From Gloeobacterales cyanobacterium (lineage in GTDB: Bacteria > Cyanobacteriota > Cyanobacteriia > Gloeobacterales > PMM-0068): a stretch of DNA of 64,000 nucleotides. Both the position numbers and the translations under genes were made by a program. The DNA lies in the NCBI GenBank assembly GCA_038245785.1, contig JBBRSB010000017.1:1-64000 (forward strand), given 5' to 3'. The notes beneath the pieces are model-generated. The model was given only the letters and a program-made list of their open reading frames with translations. It ran no database searches and was not told the DNA's origin. Numbering within the stretch: the stretch's first letter is position 1; every line of letters begins with the position of its first letter. Shown here piece by piece: positions 55,698 through 64,000 of this stretch.

Positions 55698-55711
55698 GTA
55701 TCACGTGATAC
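55698..55711. promoter_or_regulatory. NtcA-box-like palindrome GTA-N8-TAC
   Basis: GTATCACGTGATAC, a perfect 14-bp palindrome 92 bp upstream of the beta-helix gene. Confidence 0.45.
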
Positions 55712-55803
55712 CTGATATTTGTTCATCCTATACCATTCAATGGCTATGGGCTGACAAGTGTTGGGTAGTTTCGCTTGTCAATCTAAACGTGAAAGAGTGA
55801 AAA

Positions 55804-57624
55804 ATGCTTAGACAAAAACTTGTTCTTCTCGGTTCTGCTTTCTTTCTACAAACCATGCTTTCAGGACAGCTCGCTAGCGCTGCAACCTATTATGTTTCTC
55901 CTAGTGGGAGTGACAGTAATCCAGGCACAGAGTCCTCTCCTTTCCAGACATTTGGGAAGGCCAAAGACGTAGTTCGCTCAACACCTAAGACTGAGCAGAT
56001 TACCGTTTACATCAGACAGGGAACCTATAGCCTGACTCAGCCTTTGGCTTTCAATGAAAGTGATAGTGGTCAGCCGGGGGCTAAAGTCCGCTGGCAGGGT
56101 TATCCGGGTGAAAGTGCAGTGATCAGCGGAGGACGTTCCCTGACAGGGTGGACTGCTGTTGGTGATGGCAGCTATAAGGCCAGTGCCCAAGGTCTGAATT
56201 TCCGACAGCTCTATATCAATGGCAAGCGAGCCATACGGGCCAGAAACCCAAATTTAGGCAGTGGGAGCGACTATTTCAGACTGAAAGGACCTAATCCGAA
56301 TGATCCATACTCTGCCTATAACAAGACCGACAAACTGGTTGGCGTAAACTGTGCGGATATTGCAGGCGTTCCCAAAGGGGCCGAACAGATTATTCAACGC
56401 TCATGGAATGAAGCTCGAGTGAGACTTATGGCCTCCACCTGTTATGGAGATTTTGCATGGGTTGCTCATCAAAGCCCAGATAGAGATATTCTCTTTGCAA
56501 ATGCAGACGATAGCACTAGCTACAGTAGCCAGCCTTATCACTGGGAGGGTGCCAAAGCATTCCTCGATAGTCCTGGTGAATGGTTTTTAGATAATAACGC
56601 CGACACTGTTTACTATCGCCCTCTGTCTGGGGAATCCATTACGCAAGCTACGGCTCCAGTCTTAGAAACTCTACTGGAACTGAAAGGGTTAAATCGTGCT
56701 TATGATGGGCCATCTTCCCCTGTCCATGACCTGGAATTTGCTGGCTTGGTCTTTCAGGATACAGGATGGACTTTTCCAGATACCCAAGGGTACCAAGGAG
56801 TTCAGGCAGGAATAATCCAATTTAGCCAGGGAGGACAAATTGTTAATAGCACTACGCAACGAAACCCCACTACGAGTGCCGTCAAACTGTCTTTCACTCA
56901 GGATGTCTTATTCGAAGGCAACCAATTCCAGCATATGGGTGGTGATGCCATTAATCTCTTCCTTGGCAATCTCCGGACCAATCTAAATGCAAATACGATT
57001 TCTGATGTTAGCGGTAATTGCATCACGGTAGAAGGTGGAATTATTAACTCTGGAGCAGATAGCGAGAAGGTCGTCGACAACACGATCTCGAACAATCGGA
57101 TATCTCGTTGTGCTCAGGATTACTATGGCTCCGTAGGCATCGCCGGGTACTTTGTGAATGGACTGAAAATTGTTCACAATGAAATCTCTGATATGCCCTT
57201 CTCCGGCATTAGTTTGGGATGGGGACATACGACCTCAAAAACCAATTTGCAAGACAATTTGGTGAGTCAAAACAATATCCATGATGTGATGAAGTTATTG
57301 AATGATGGCGGAGGTATTTATACCATCTCTTACCAGCCAGGGACCGTCATCGAGAAAAACTGGATTCATAATATTGAGCGCTCTGTTTGGGCTCATGTCT
57401 ATCCGATTGCCGGGATCTATCTGGATAATGGCTCTAGTGGAATCACTGTTAGAGACAACATCCTTCAAGGGAGCACCGCAACGAGAGCACAAGGAGGACT
57501 ACCTGCTGTGCGACTCTTTGAAACGGTATATCAACAAACAAGAGGACTTCCTGCTCAGAATAATTCGATTAGCAATAACGAAGGATCTGACCAGAATATG
57601 ATCAACAGCGCTGGCCCGCAGTAA
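55804..57624 (+). CDS. Secreted right-handed parallel beta-helix protein (pectin-lyase fold, possible glycoside hydrolase)
   Basis: Signal peptide, YYVSPSGSDSNPGT..SPFQT, LDSPGEWF, DGGGIYT, GIYLDNGS. Confidence 0.82.
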   Translation: MLRQKLVLLGSAFFLQTMLSGQLASAATYYVSPSGSDSNPGTESSPFQTFGKAKDVVRSTPKTEQITVYIRQGTYSLTQPLAFNESDSGQPGAKVRWQGYPGESAVISGGRSLTGWTAVGDGSYKASAQGLNFRQLYINGKRAIRARNPNLGSGSDYFRLKGPNPNDPYSAYNKTDKLVGVNCADIAGVPKGAEQIIQRSWNEARVRLMASTCYGDFAWVAHQSPDRDILFANADDSTSYSSQPYHWEGAKAFLDSPGEWFLDNNADTVYYRPLSGESITQATAPVLETLLELKGLNRAYDGPSSPVHDLEFAGLVFQDTGWTFPDTQGYQGVQAGIIQFSQGGQIVNSTTQRNPTTSAVKLSFTQDVLFEGNQFQHMGGDAINLFLGNLRTNLNANTISDVSGNCITVEGGIINSGADSEKVVDNTISNNRISRCAQDYYGSVGIAGYFVNGLKIVHNEISDMPFSGISLGWGHTTSKTNLQDNLVSQNNIHDVMKLLNDGGGIYTISYQPGTVIEKNWIHNIERSVWAHVYPIAGIYLDNGSSGITVRDNILQGSTATRAQGGLPAVRLFETVYQQTRGLPAQNNSISNNEGSDQNMINSAGPQ

Positions 57625-57693
57625 TATCTACTGGATCTAAACAAGCCTGATTATCATGCAGATAATTGGGCTTGATTAACAGTGGAAACGAGT

Positions 57694-58023
57694 CTAAGAA
57701 CCTAACCAATCTCGTAGTGAGTGATCCAAATTCGTAGCATCTGTGTTCGACAGGATGCCAATAGTTCTAATAATCAAATTTTGTTGTATTGTGTATAGCC
57801 CCCGTTTCACAGCCGAAGGGACATTCAACCCAGAAGTCTCCCAATTTTCCAGCACAAATTCACCAGACAAAAGAGGCGATAACTTACTAGTTAAGGGAAC
57901 TATAAAAACATCTTGAGAAAGATGGGGCGCACTAACGACAATGGCAGGCCTAACCTTGGAGTCTGATAAATCAGAAAAAGGATAGCGGACTAAAACAATG
58001 TCATGTTTCGAGTAATTTTGCAT
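57694..58023 (-). CDS. PemK/MazF family toxin
   Basis: DIVLVRYPFSD....KVRPAIVVS, VPLTS, GL..PS; ATG 58023 (or 58029) overlaps the antitoxin end. Confidence 0.88.
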   Translation of the reverse strand: MQNYSKHDIVLVRYPFSDLSDSKVRPAIVVSAPHLSQDVFIVPLTSKLSPLLSGEFVLENWETSGLNVPSAVKRGLYTIQQNLIIRTIGILSNTDATNLDHSLRDWLGS

Positions 58024-58201
58024 AGACATTGTCTTCTGTATTATCCCAAATTGCATCTAGAGAATTTTGACTGACCTGCTGCCAAAGCTCTCTTTCGCTA
58101 GAAGGTAATGTTACAAGTACTTCTGTTCCCTCAGGGATTTCAACATTTTCCAACAGCTCAACTTTGCCTGCTCTTACGATTGCGCGAATAGTATTCAACA
58201 T
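58001..58201 (-). CDS. Small antitoxin cognate to the PemK toxin
   Basis: GKVELLE...IPEGT.VLVT, acidic tail WDNTEDNVYA.L; GGAGG RBS; overlaps the toxin start. Confidence 0.8.
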   Translation of the reverse strand: MLNTIRAIVRAGKVELLENVEIPEGTEVLVTLPSSERELWQQVSQNSLDAIWDNTEDNVYAKLLET

Positions 58202-58254
58202 TTTTACACCTCCCATAGCGCTCCAAATTATTAGCCTTGTGCATGTACGAGGCT

Positions 58255-60552
58255 CTAACTCGCTTCTTCCTGACCGACCAAACTGGGGTCAAATTCTCCA
58301 GCCGGAGCTTTAAATCCGCACTCTTTATTGGAGCACTGGACCATATCTCCCCGTTTCAAGGGCTTGAATACCAGAATCGAGGCACATTCCGGACAGGGTT
58401 TCTGAATCGGTTTACTCCAGAGTACAAAGTTGCAGCTATTCGGGTCTTTCGAACTGTATTCACTGCAGCCATAGAACAAGCCACGACGGCCCTTACGCTC
58501 GACGATTTGGCCCTTGTGGCATACTGGGCACTCCAGGCCCACCTTCTTGAGGATAGGTTGGTTGTGACCGCATTCAGAGCACTTGAGGTATTCGCCAAAA
58601 CGACCGTATTTGGCAATCATTGGCTCGTGTTGGCACTGACTACAGACTTCGCCGGGAACAGGCCGTTCTTTGGGAGCAGGCTCATTCTGAGGCGTTAGCG
58701 GGTGAGTATGCTTGCATTCCGGATAGCCGGAGCAACCGAGAAAGTTTCCATACTTGCTGGATTTCTGGAGCATCGGCAGACCACATTCCGCGCACAGATA
58801 CTTTGTGACGATTAGAATGCGGTCCATTTCCTCGGTGGCCGTTTCCAGCGTCTTTAGGAAAGGCTCATAGAAACTAGCCAAGAGTTCACCCCAAGGCCGT
58901 CCTCCCTTCTCCACTTCGTCCAACTGGGTTTCCATGTTAGCGGTGAAGTCGGTGTCTACAATATTGGGGAAGTGCTGAACCAATTGACCATTGACGCCCA
59001 TGCCCAGTTCGGTTGGCTGTAGCATCCGTCCTTCTTTCTTGACATAGCCCCGGTCTTGAATCGTGGCAATTGTAGGCGCATAGGTAGATGGGCGACCAAT
59101 GCCCAACTCCTCCATCACCTTGACTAATGTAGCTTCGGAGTAGCGGCTCGGAGGCTGGGTAAAGTGCTGCTTAGGAAGCAACTCTTTCAGGTCCACCACT
59201 TCCCCTTCTTCCAAAATAGGCACTTGCTGCTTTTTCTCTTCCTCTTCGGTACTGTCTTCTTCTTTGGCTTCCAGATAGACCCGCTGATAGCCATCAAATT
59301 TGATTTGGGTGCTGGAAAGGCGGAAGAGCGGATCTTTTTTGCCTTTGAGGTTGCCTGCAATCTCAATCGTTTGGATCGCTAGAATTGCTGCGGTCATCTG
59401 AGAACTGACAAAACGCTGCCAGATCAGGCGATAGAGGCGATACTGGTCAGAGCTGAGGAAGGGCTTAAGATCGTCTGGCGTACGGCCGATTTCTGAGGGA
59501 CGAATCGCTTCGTGGGCGTCCTGGCCACCCTTCGCTGCTTTTCCCTGACGACGAGTTTTCGGCAAATATTGCTTGCCGTACTGGGCTTGAATGTATTCAG
59601 CCGCAGTGTCCTGCGCCGATTCTGCCACCCGCGTAGAGTCTGTCCGCATGTAGGTGATCAAACCCACCGGACCTTCGCTGCCCAGCTCAATCCCTTCATA
59701 GAGCTGCTGGGCGGCGATCATCGTCCGCTTCACCGAGAAGTTGAGAACGGTGGAAGCTTCCCGCTGCAGACTGCTGGTGATGAACGGAAACTGCGGTTCT
59801 TGCTTGCGGTCCTTGGTTTTAATCGAGCTAACCTTGTACTCCGTCACACCCTTGAGCGATGCAATCACTTCATCCATTGCCTGCTGGGTCTCAATTTCTG
59901 GCTTCTTGTCATTCAGACGGGCAAACTCTGCTTCAAAAGCACGCTTCTGCTTATCTTTGACAAACTGCGCGGCTAGGGTCCAGTATTCCTTGCTCTGGAA
60001 GTCTTGAATCGCCTGCTCTCGGTCACAAATCAGCCGCACCGAAACCGACTGTACCCGTCCGGCTGAAAGACCCCGTTTAATCTTCTTCCAGAGCAGAGGG
60101 CTGAGCTTGTAACCAACCAAGCGGTCTAAGACTCTGCGGGCCTGCTGGGCATCCACCCGATTCTGGTCTATTTCGCGGGGATTGTTGACGGCATTCTGTA
60201 CCGCCTCTTTTGTAATTTCGTTAAATTGGATCCGCTTCATTTTCTCCGGAGGGAGCTGGAGAATATGAGCCAGATGCCAAGCGATGGCTTCCCCTTCCCG
60301 GTCCGGGTCAGGGGCTAGGAGTACTTGGTCTACGCCTTTAGCAGAGTTCTGTAGTTCCTTGACGACTTCTTCTTTGTCAGGAATGACTACATATTTAGGA
60401 ATGAACCCCTTAGCGATATCCACCCCTATCTCTTTGGTGGGGAGATCGCGAATATGGCCAGCTGAAGCTCTGACCACATAGCCTTTGCCCAAGATCTTGC
60501 TGATGGTCTTGGCTTTAGCGGGGGATTCAACAATGACGAGAGATTTACTCAT
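58255..60552 (-). CDS. topA: DNA topoisomerase I
   Basis: LVIVESPAKAKTI, DPDREGEAIAWH, SAGRVQS, ITYMRTDS, GIGRPSTYA, C-terminal C4 zinc ribbons. Confidence 0.98.
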   Translation of the reverse strand: MSKSLVIVESPAKAKTISKILGKGYVVRASAGHIRDLPTKEIGVDIAKGFIPKYVVIPDKEEVVKELQNSAKGVDQVLLAPDPDREGEAIAWHLAHILQLPPEKMKRIQFNEITKEAVQNAVNNPREIDQNRVDAQQARRVLDRLVGYKLSPLLWKKIKRGLSAGRVQSVSVRLICDREQAIQDFQSKEYWTLAAQFVKDKQKRAFEAEFARLNDKKPEIETQQAMDEVIASLKGVTEYKVSSIKTKDRKQEPQFPFITSSLQREASTVLNFSVKRTMIAAQQLYEGIELGSEGPVGLITYMRTDSTRVAESAQDTAAEYIQAQYGKQYLPKTRRQGKAAKGGQDAHEAIRPSEIGRTPDDLKPFLSSDQYRLYRLIWQRFVSSQMTAAILAIQTIEIAGNLKGKKDPLFRLSSTQIKFDGYQRVYLEAKEEDSTEEEEKKQQVPILEEGEVVDLKELLPKQHFTQPPSRYSEATLVKVMEELGIGRPSTYAPTIATIQDRGYVKKEGRMLQPTELGMGVNGQLVQHFPNIVDTDFTANMETQLDEVEKGGRPWGELLASFYEPFLKTLETATEEMDRILIVTKYLCAECGLPMLQKSSKYGNFLGCSGYPECKHTHPLTPQNEPAPKERPVPGEVCSQCQHEPMIAKYGRFGEYLKCSECGHNQPILKKVGLECPVCHKGQIVERKGRRGLFYGCSEYSSKDPNSCNFVLWSKPIQKPCPECASILVFKPLKRGDMVQCSNKECGFKAPAGEFDPSLVGQEEAS

Positions 60553-60713
60553 CGGGCCTGCTCTTAAATAGGTAATAGAGTCCTTAGTCCATTATTTAGC
60601 ATGCAAATAACCCGCTGTATGACAAGCCCCCTTCCTCGCACCCTTAGGTGCACAGCCACAAGACTCAAGCGCTGAGGAGGTTTGAGCCTGCTAAAAAATC
60701 ATTTATGAATTTA

Positions 60714-61742
60714 TTATTTTGTCTGTAAAAAAGCTTGACGGCGTAGTTGTCCGCAGGCAGCACTTTGTTCTACCCCTCGCGTCTGTCGTACCGAGACAGC
60801 GACCCCGGCTCGTTCCAACGTAGAACGAAAAATTTCTACCTGTTTGGGCGTCGGACGGTCAAACCGAGCTTCGTCCACAGGATTAAAAGGAATCAGGTTG
60901 ACATGACTTTGGAACCCTTTGACCCTCGTGGCTAGTTCTTCTGCGTGTCTAGCCAAATCGTTGAAGCCCGCCAGGAGAACATATTCAAAACTAATGCGAC
61001 GGCCCGTAATTTTCACGTATTCCCGACAATCTGCCAAAAGTTCTCCGTAAGGATAGTTTTTGGCGGTCGGTACAATCTGTTCGCGCAGGGTCTGGTTGGG
61101 AGCGTGGAGGCTGACGGCCAGAGTGACCTGTAGAAGTTCCTGGGCAAATTGCTGAATTTTACCGGGAATGCCTACGGTCGAGACGGTCATCTGTCGCTGA
61201 CCAATGCCGATGTCCTGGTTGAGTACTCTCAGGGATTTCAGGACACGGGGCAAATTATGCATTGGTTCCCCCATGCCCATATAGACGATATGGGAAACGC
61301 GCTGACCCATTTCTTCTTGCACCGTGAGCACCTGGTCCACAATTTCATGGACTTCTAGATGTCGTGCAAAGCCAGAAAATCCAGTGGCGCAAAACGTGCA
61401 GCCCATGGCACAGCCCACCTGAGAAGAGACGCAGACCGTCAGATGGTTTCGGCTGGGAATGCCCACGGTTTCGACCGTTTGACCATCGGCAAGCGTCAGC
61501 AGAAACTTGACGGTGCCATCGGTTGTAGGGGTCTTCAAGGCAATGGTAGAGCGGCCTACCGTCGTTGTATTCTGCTCTCTCCAGCTTTTAGGAAAAACCG
61601 TCACCTCATCCAGAGAACGAATATTGCGGGTATAGAGCCATTGATGGAGTTGTTTGGCACGGTAAGAAGGCTGACCTTGTTCAATAACCCAGCGGGTGAG
61701 TTCTTCTGAAGAAAGGCCTAAAAGAGGAGTGATGCTATTCAT
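60714..61742 (-). CDS. rlmN: 23S rRNA (A2503) / tRNA C2-methyltransferase
   Basis: [35 protein letters not shown]. Confidence 0.96.
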   Translation of the reverse strand: MNSITPLLGLSSEELTRWVIEQGQPSYRAKQLHQWLYTRNIRSLDEVTVFPKSWREQNTTTVGRSTIALKTPTTDGTVKFLLTLADGQTVETVGIPSRNHLTVCVSSQVGCAMGCTFCATGFSGFARHLEVHEIVDQVLTVQEEMGQRVSHIVYMGMGEPMHNLPRVLKSLRVLNQDIGIGQRQMTVSTVGIPGKIQQFAQELLQVTLAVSLHAPNQTLREQIVPTAKNYPYGELLADCREYVKITGRRISFEYVLLAGFNDLARHAEELATRVKGFQSHVNLIPFNPVDEARFDRPTPKQVEIFRSTLERAGVAVSVRQTRGVEQSAACGQLRRQAFLQTK

Positions 61743-61860
61743 GAACCCATTCTAGTAAAGATGCACCCTAAATATTTTTTCAGAGGATAATTGGTAGTAA
61801 GTGAAGTGAGCAGTGTGCATTCCAAATTGATATAACCCGTTAGATACAATCATTACCGCC

Positions 61861-61888
61861 GCAGGGGCGCAAGGTCTTGCGCCCTTAC
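61861..61888. repeat. REP-like palindromic element
   Basis: GCAGGGGCGCAAG-GT-CTTGCGCCCTTAC, a variant of the cyanobacterial GTAGGGGCGC..GCGCCCCTAC palindrome. Confidence 0.65.
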
Positions 61889-62020
61889 AAGGCAATCAGA
61901 TCATCTAGCTAAGCCATGGTCAATCAACGCAAAAGACCAAAACAGTTTGTAGCTTTACAGATTCAAAAAAGTACAATAGTTCCAGTCAAAGAAGTTGCTC
62001 CCTCAGGAGGATGAGCAGTC

Positions 62021-63568
62021 ATGGAAATTTTTGATTATGTGATTTTGGGCGCAGGATTAGGGGGACTTTCAGCCGCCGCTTGTCTTACTAAACAGGGATA
62101 CCGAGTAGCAGTGCTCGAGCAGCATTACTTAGCCGGTGGCGCTTGCCACAGTTTTGACTATGGCGATTACACTTTCTGCGCTGATGTTCACTACATTTCA
62201 CAATGTGGCCCTGGCCAAACTATTCACCAATTTTTAGACTACATCGGAGCAGAAATTCCCTTTAATGCCTTGGGCTCTGATTGCATTGATCGCGTGATTA
62301 CGCCGGATCTGGATTTCAGAATTCCTTTAGGATGGGAAAATCTCCGGGCTCGCTTGCTTTTGACATTCCCTGAGGAAACAGGTCCGATCAATCGGTACTG
62401 CGATGAAATCAAGCACCTTCATCAAGAGATGCGTACTATCCTGTCTGAAGTGACTTGGTATAAACAGAAATGGTCTGATTGGCTGAAATTACCTAAATAT
62501 TGGCATCTCTACTTTAGAAGAAACTGGACCTTGCAAGATCTCTATGACTATGTTGGTCTATCTCCGAAGCTCCAAGATTTACTAGCAGGCCAGAGCGGTG
62601 ACTATGCCTTACCTCCTGACCAAATCGCTCTATTTACCCATGTTTCTTTAGTGAGCGATTATGCGGAGGGTGCGTACTATCCCAAGCACCACTTCAAGTC
62701 CTTTGTCGATATTATTGTTGAATCGATTAGAGCTGGTGGTAGCGTGATTGAATACAGCACTCCGGTCCAGCGGATTCAAGTGGTCAATCATCAAATTTCG
62801 TACGTTATGGCTGGTGATAAATCCTATCAAGCGACGAGGGCTTACATTAGTGATTTAGACCCTAAAAAAACGGTTCAATTGATGGAAGAAAAAGCTTTAA
62901 GTAAAGATGAACGGCATCGACTGACGGACTATGAATATTCTGCCAGTGCTTTCAATATTTATCTAGGCTTAGACCACACGTTTGAACCGGAAAAGTATGG
63001 CATTGGCAACTGGAATGTCTGGTATTATCCGACGGGCAATCTCAATGCCTCCTATCAACGTCAATTTGAAGGCGACCTCCACCATCCCTGGATTTTCCTA
63101 TCTTGCCCAACGATGAAATCCCATGAACCCGGCATGGCTCCTGATGGGAATCACGTTCTAGAGATTGCTACGGTTTGCCCTTATGAAGCTTTTAAAGATC
63201 TACATGAAAGCGACCCCACGGCCTACAAAGCTAAAAAACGAGAAGTCTATCAAGAAGTGATGCACAGCGTGCAAGACCTTATCCCCGATATCAATAGCTA
63301 CACGCGGATGAAGATCTACGGCACCCCCACCACCAGCGAGTACTATCTAGGCCAACCCCAGGGCAATATTTACGGAGCTAAACTGATTCCCAAACAAGTA
63401 GGTCTTAACCGTTTGGGCTACCGCACCGAGATCCTAAATCTTTTCCTGGTAGGAGCTTCTGCAGGTTATCCGAGCGTGCCTGGGGTGATTGGCAATGGAA
63501 TGGATGTGGCTGAATTGGTTACAGGTCAATCTTTCCGCAAGCCTTCTCGTGTTGCTGAGTTGGTCTAG
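62021..63568 (+). CDS. FAD-dependent oxidoreductase, phytoene desaturase/carotenoid isomerase-like superfamily
   Basis: GAGLGGL.AA..L...GY.V.VLEQH...GG; GTPTT...Y.....GNIYG; NLFLVG; CAGGAGG RBS. Confidence 0.85.
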   Translation: MEIFDYVILGAGLGGLSAAACLTKQGYRVAVLEQHYLAGGACHSFDYGDYTFCADVHYISQCGPGQTIHQFLDYIGAEIPFNALGSDCIDRVITPDLDFRIPLGWENLRARLLLTFPEETGPINRYCDEIKHLHQEMRTILSEVTWYKQKWSDWLKLPKYWHLYFRRNWTLQDLYDYVGLSPKLQDLLAGQSGDYALPPDQIALFTHVSLVSDYAEGAYYPKHHFKSFVDIIVESIRAGGSVIEYSTPVQRIQVVNHQISYVMAGDKSYQATRAYISDLDPKKTVQLMEEKALSKDERHRLTDYEYSASAFNIYLGLDHTFEPEKYGIGNWNVWYYPTGNLNASYQRQFEGDLHHPWIFLSCPTMKSHEPGMAPDGNHVLEIATVCPYEAFKDLHESDPTAYKAKKREVYQEVMHSVQDLIPDINSYTRMKIYGTPTTSEYYLGQPQGNIYGAKLIPKQVGLNRLGYRTEILNLFLVGASAGYPSVPGVIGNGMDVAELVTGQSFRKPSRVAELV

Positions 63569-63682
63569 GCTGAAAGACAGCAAGCTATGAGGAGCACCTT
63601 GGATAGAAAAATCTGCGCCTCGCTATTCGGTGAAGAGTAGCCCAAGCTCCTTCTTTGTTAAATCTTTAAACCTTTGGGACGG

Positions 63683-64000
63683 TTACTTAAGAAGTTTGAT
63701 TTCCTGCGAGGAGCCTGTCTGTAAAGGCAGCTTGATAGTCGAAGACTGATAATGAGCTAATCCGCCTGGATTCTCAGACTGAACCTTATCGATCACACAC
63801 AGCCGACCTTTAGCATCATCTTTTAGCCATCCCTGAAGTTCAGGAGCTGTCATCGGACGATACCGACTTTTTTCGTTTGTCTTACCTTCTTTTCCTGGAT
63901 AGTTGGGAGGGGATCCCCCTGAATAGCCGTTTACTACGGGTACACCTGCTCGTAGACCTGCCCACATAGCAGAAACCTCATCAGGATAACCAGCCCAATA
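63683..64000 (-). CDS. 3' end of a hypothetical (probably membrane/glycosyltransferase-like) protein, partial
   Basis: Frame is open to the window edge; AMWAGL..GVPVVNGYSG..P..Y motif. Confidence 0.6.
   Translation of the reverse strand, partial: YWAGYPDEVSAMWAGLRAGVPVVNGYSGGSPPNYPGKEGKTNEKSRYRPMTAPELQGWLKDDAKGRLCVIDKVQSENPGGLAHYQSSTIKLPLQTGSSQEIKLLK

Noticed and set aside
58237..60481. Plus-strand ORFs opposite topA (and similar antisense ORFs opposite pyk, the RND genes and rlmN)
   Set aside because: Antisense shadows of well-supported genes, without motifs

Overview
This 64-kb window looks like cyanobacterial chromosome. It carries an ECF sigma SigG with its anti-sigma, pyruvate kinase with a C-terminal swivel domain, DUF2839, LptC and cyanobacterial dispersed repeats. 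HIP1 octamers are nearly absent, which suggests a basal, Gloeobacterales-like lineage (inference). Housekeeping genes (sigG, pyk, nei, lptC, topA, rlmN) alternate with accessory blocks. (1) 520-10045 is a co-oriented minus-strand locus. A PpiC-type PPIase and a HlyB-like type I secretion ABC transporter (cNMP-like domain plus a catalytically dead C39-like domain) precede three candidate antibacterial effectors: a LysM/glycine-zipper protein, a CHAP-2xLysM-GH24 lysozyme followed by an LprI lysozyme inhibitor, and a polymorphic-toxin-like protein. This is the best candidate here for an undescribed interbacterial weapon system. (2) 14.4-21.4 kb is a defence-like islet: RES toxin-antitoxin pair, a 1420-aa NACHT-type NTPase with a C-terminal PD-(D/E)xK-like domain, and an alpha/beta hydrolase. 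(3) A stack of collapsed toxin-antitoxin fragments lies at about 27.3-27.8 kb. (4) Two RND efflux operons, an MprF-like gene, a two-component system, CDF and PAP2 genes; four of their upstream regions share a direct-repeat motif. (5) An integron relic missed by the ORF track lies at 42.2-44.4 kb (intI fragment, attI-like site, attC remnants, SDR/hypothetical/HicAB cassettes), next to a frameshifted dinB. (6) A persulfide dioxygenase / truncated rhodanese / TauE cluster. No rRNA, tRNA or CRISPR array was recognised. All family assignments are from motif recognition by eye, not database searches.
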